Assembly (NCBI GenBank): GCA_024704765.1
Contig: JAKMXF010000309.1
Span: 186,001 to 250,000, forward strand
Length of the DNA stretch: 64,000 nt
Direction: 5' to 3'
From: Oopsacas minuta
Lineage: Eukaryota > Animalia > Porifera
In this document: one piece after another, positions 60,201-64,000 of the stretch
Layout: each line of letters starts with the position of its first letter
Numbering within the stretch: the stretch's first letter is position 1
Notes under the pieces: generated by a model
What the model was told of the DNA's origin: nothing
Database searches by the model: none
What the model saw: only the letters and a program-made list of their open reading frames with translations
Translations under genes and position numbers: made by a program

Positions 60201-61531
60201 GGTACTGTTTGTGGAATTTGCACTGCACCGTATATATTGCAAGTCATATCGCGAAAAACCGCATAGGAAGAATTATCCGAGTTTGACTGTATTTCAACTT
60301 ACCTTCCTTGATTATAAACCACAACATAACCATTCTCCCTACCAGGATAGAACTCCAAACGGTCTATTGGACCCTTACAGGGGCATCGATTAAGATTATA
60401 CACTCTCCTGTATTGCTCGCTACAGAGCGGGACATTAGTGCCTGGCACACATAAAGGAGGGAAGTCTCCGTTTTGAAGTTTGTCTCTATAAAACATATGT
60501 AGATGAGATATAGAAGCAGCTCTACTAGCTTGTCTGAAGTTCTGTGGGGTTAGAAATGGACAGAATAAGGCTACTGATAGGTTTATCATTATCCCGGGGT
60601 TAGGACTTGTATCATCATTTGGAGTCAATGAACGACGGCCAGCTGGGGAAATAAATTGAGATTAATGAATATAATGGAAGTATTTGGGATCTTATGGAAA
60701 CTAAGTGGTATATAGACCCCCATGGGATTTCGTCTTAGTTCAAACGTTACGTAACGCAAAATTCTCTGTATATTGAAATACTGGAAATTGTCAAGAAAAT
60801 TGTCGGCAATTTCTAAAAGAGGTTGATAGGTATGTGGCCTTTGAAATGCTATTTCTGGATATATTTTCCAAAAGTGTTTGTCATGAGAAATGAGATCCAC
60901 AATATAAACACAATTGGATAAAATTATGGACGTTTTACAATTGTATATATTTAGAATATTCGTTACCTGCTAAATAAACAAAATTCTCCCAATACTCGCT
61001 GAGATAATTCTCTGTTGATTTATGACGTTTTACGAGTTCTTTTTGTAATTCCAAACCTTGTCCTTGTAAAAATTCGCGAGCCAGTTCTTCATGTTTAGCA
61101 TATTCTTCTTTACTTAAGATTGGCAGAACTGAGGTCAAATAATTCGAAATTGTAGTGTCCAATTTTGGGAGCGGTAATTTCGGTAAAAAATCTTGAAAAT
61201 CATACAATTTCCGGTTTGAACCATTCAGTAAAATTTTTGTACAAATCCTCCAAAGTTTTGTATTGAATGATGGTGATTTTGGGTTGTCAAATATCCAATT
61301 TGTGTGAGACAATATTTTACGTAAAAGAAATCGTAAAAGCAGAATATTCGCGTACCAAATACACAGGCAAAAAATAAAAATAATAAAAATGTGTGTCAGA
61401 ATTGTAAAAGATTTCTGTGAATCGTCTGTGATGAAAATCGGTAAATGCCATGAATATGGTGTTGCGTATATAGTTATAGTTATGAGAAACAAAAATAGAA
61501 GATGGTATGGTGATGACGGATATATGTTCAT
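57289..61531 (-). CDS. CPT1: Carnitine O-palmitoyltransferase 1-like, 8 exons (61531-60967, ~60642-60303, 60070-59806, 59483-59088, 58750-58509, 58317-58071, 57606-57289; first coding exon uncertain)
   Basis: Two N-terminal TM helices, [33 protein letters not shown], catalytic EH ([10 protein letters not shown]), [52 protein letters not shown]. Confidence 0.88.
57648..57769. mobile_element. Pogo/Tigger-type MITE in the last CPT1 intron
   Basis: Right end ttcgatataccgagagttgactg-TA; degenerate left end cagatacctccagctttatcgaa. Confidence 0.6.
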
Positions 61532-61599
61532 TTCCTAATTCTTTATTGAAAGAAAATTATTGAATTTAAAAAGGAATATGTTCTTTGTATGGAGCTACA

Positions 61600-62005
61600 T
61601 GGTAACGGAATGTCCATAATGGAATGCATTGGAACCACATCACACATACAGTTAAGAGGAACAAATTCCAAACTAGTAAATGTTAAAAGGAAATACAGTA
61701 TTTGGGAAAATACATGACGTATTTCCATTGAAAGAGCAATTGCATAATGTAAACTGCATCAATTTGTGTATACAGATAAATGGGGAAGAAGATTCGTGTA
61801 AAACTTCCACTAATAACAAGTTTGCGTAATACCAAGGGATATCGTGGAAATGCTATGTAACCACCACCAACCGGGTCTGTGGAACGGGAGAGCATTTTCG
61901 GTGCCCTGGCACCACGTTTATGGAGGTGAAACTGTATATGACTTCATGTGCAATAGTAGTAACCCCGTGTATGGAATATTGTCCAAACATCCATGGTGTT
62001 TTGTC
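61600..62005 (+). pseudogene. Decayed kringle-domain-like coding fragments
   Basis: Across frameshifts: KGYRGNA / VTTTNRVC / LWN..PWHH..MCNSSNPV.G..PWCFV; upstream TECP*WNALEPHHTYS. Multiple stops. Confidence 0.4.
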
Positions 62006-62086
62006 CACAAGACTTCAAAACTGACTCAAATATATACACATACTTAATAGCCAGCATATTAATATTAGCTAAATTCAAATTATATA

Positions 62087-63398
62087 CAGGGTGACACATA
62101 AATACTGTTACAAATATAAATGGGCTGAAAACAAAAACTATTGGAGCGATCGTTCTAATATTCTAAATTATGTTTAGATATACTATAGGGTTGAAGATTA
62201 AGAGAGTATTACTCAAGTATATCGCCTTTTTCCTTAATGCAGCTCTTCAGATGGACGATGAAGGAGTCTACACTGGCACACACATACTCATCCGGAATCT
62301 TTGACCACTCTCGTAATAATGTACTCTTAAGAACCTCAACTGAACGATGGAGTGTAGCGTTAACCCTCTCCTCCAATATGGACCATATAGAGAAGTCGAG
62401 GAGGTTAAGGTCTGGCGAACAAGGTGGCCACTCTTCGGAAGAAATGACCCCCGGAAAATTGGTCTTGCACCACTTTTGAGTGGCTTTAGCCTTGTCAGCT
62501 GGGGCAGAATCTTGCTGGAATACCCATAGGTCGTTTCCAAAATGTGATTGTGCCCAAGGCTTCAAAACATTCTCAAGAATTGATTCCCGATAAACCGATT
62601 GGTTGATTTTCACACCTTTGGGGATAAATATCAAAGGTGTCCGACCAGTTGCAGTAACCCCGGCCCATACCATCACTGAAGCTGGTTTCTGCGTTCGAGA
62701 GACCCGGAAAGTAGATTCAGGCAAAGTACTCTTATCGGTGGCTAAAATCCTATGATTTTGCTTGTTTAGGACCTGCTGAACCGTAAATAATTTCTCATCA
62801 GAGAAAAGGATCTGCTTGTGTCGACCATTGGTGAAATGTGGAAGCATGGCCTTGCATCTTTCCAACCTCATACTTTTATTTTTGGCTGTGAGGAGTTGTC
62901 TTTATTTCATTTTGTACTCTTTCATGCCCAAATCATTACAAACAAGCCTCCGCATCGATTCCCTGTTTGTATTTGTTTCAATGGCCATTTTTCGGATACT
63001 TCGGGCGGGATTTCGTTTAATCCGTTGTAGCACCCTCTTGGTCAAAGAAATTGTCCGTGCAGTACGTGGACGGCCAGGTCGTGGTCGGTCTAACACGTCT
63101 CCTGTATCAACAAACCGTGACAAAGTTCGCGAAATAAACATCCTATTGTAACTGAGCAAAGAGGCATTTTCACTTCTGCATTTTCTGGCCTTGAATAACT
63201 CAATAACAGCTGAACGACGAGTCTCCATTTCAAAATGTTGAAATTATAAAACTTCTAAGTGAGATATAGCTGGCGTGATTTATTGAGATAAAATAGATAT
63301 GTAGTACAATATATTGGATAAGTTTCAACGCTATTGAATTATATTCATCTACAGTATGGTAGTTTTAAAAGTTGTAACAGTATTTATGTGTCACCCTG
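62087..63398 (-). mobile_element. Tc1/mariner DD37D (maT) transposon, 1312 bp
   Basis: Perfect 27-bp TIR cagggtgacacataaatactgttacaa, TA TSD on both sides, internal transposase. Confidence 0.96.
62209..63228 (-). pseudogene. DD37D transposase with one in-frame TAA at 62902-62904
   Basis: The two track ORFs share a frame (YKMK*RQLLTAK..). HTH with GRPR; triad FSDE / FQQD / SPDLNLLD with 37 residues counted between the 2nd and 3rd Asp. Confidence 0.93.
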
Positions 63399-64000
63399 TA
63401 GTATTGAATGAAGCCATATCAAAAAGTAATATGCATAGATTCAACATGAATAAACAAGGTATTGTATTATTAATTAATGTTTTATCAACACGCAGTAATT
63501 AAACAGACTGTCAATTAGCTATTTATTAATTAAAATACTTAGAGAACAGCTTTACCCCTTATACCCATATAATCGAATTATGATAATGAATGCTCAAGTG
63601 CAGACAACAATACTGAAGATTTAGAAATATGGCCCATATGGTATCATGGTATGCGCTTCTTAGTACATTGATGATGTGTTCTATAGAGCTAATGGGTGAC
63701 TTTATATATTCTTTGAAATCATGTGTGTACCTATAAGGTCGAATTCATTTGCTTATAAATGTTGAGTTCTTGTTATTATAAGAATTATCTAATATAGAGA
63801 AGTTTACCTTATAAATAGGGATTTGTAATTGATAGCTGATGTAAGTCCTTATTGAATATTGGCCAAAACGATAAAAGGAGATTTTCATATTATATTTGAA
63901 ATGGACACAGACAACGAATTGTTTAGATTGGAATCTGCTGCGTACTTGACGAGGGCATTTTTCGCGATTTTCGGAGTTATTTTAACCGCGATTGTGGTGT

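Noticed and set aside
9546-61531. Several mitochondrial genes in one window (MIC26/27-like, NDUFB9, NDUFA4 x2, CPT1), and ERP44 near the SelW genes, as functional clusters
   Set aside because: They are interspersed with unrelated genes, and chance co-location is expected in a gene-dense genome.
1-64000. CRISPR arrays, rRNA or prokaryotic operon systems
   Set aside because: No regularly spaced repeats or rRNA-like sequence; spliced eukaryotic genes throughout.

Overview
AT-rich, gene-dense eukaryotic genomic DNA with spliceosomal GT-AG introns. The gene content (NHL-repeat paralogs, EGF adhesion GPCR, very large GTPase, orphan 7TM, many intronless housekeeping genes) suggests a compact early-branching animal genome, probably a sponge; the taxon is inference only. 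Recognisable genes: ZDHHC17/13 (running off the left edge), SPT4, NUDT1, MIC26/27-like, ERP44, NDUFB9, TBC1D31, PSMD10, ARMH3, a GVIN/VLIG GTPase, YJU2, two head-to-head NDUFA4-like genes, SMU1 and a CPT1-like acyltransferase. Mobile DNA includes a near-intact DD37D (maT) Tc1/mariner element and many MITEs. The main result is missed by the ORF track: two selenoprotein W genes with in-frame Sec-UGA (CGGU, CSGU) and matching GUGA-type SECIS hairpins, plus a third Rdx-fold paralog that has lost the redox motif. These three and an orphan 7TM gene appear to be nested in introns of a hand-assembled, roughly 17 kb, 13-exon CEP126-like gene (13895-30738, minus strand). Other unusual architectures are a kelch-cytochrome b561 fusion and a membrane-anchored pseudo-SH2 protein. 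All homology calls are from my own reading of motifs; no database search was run.
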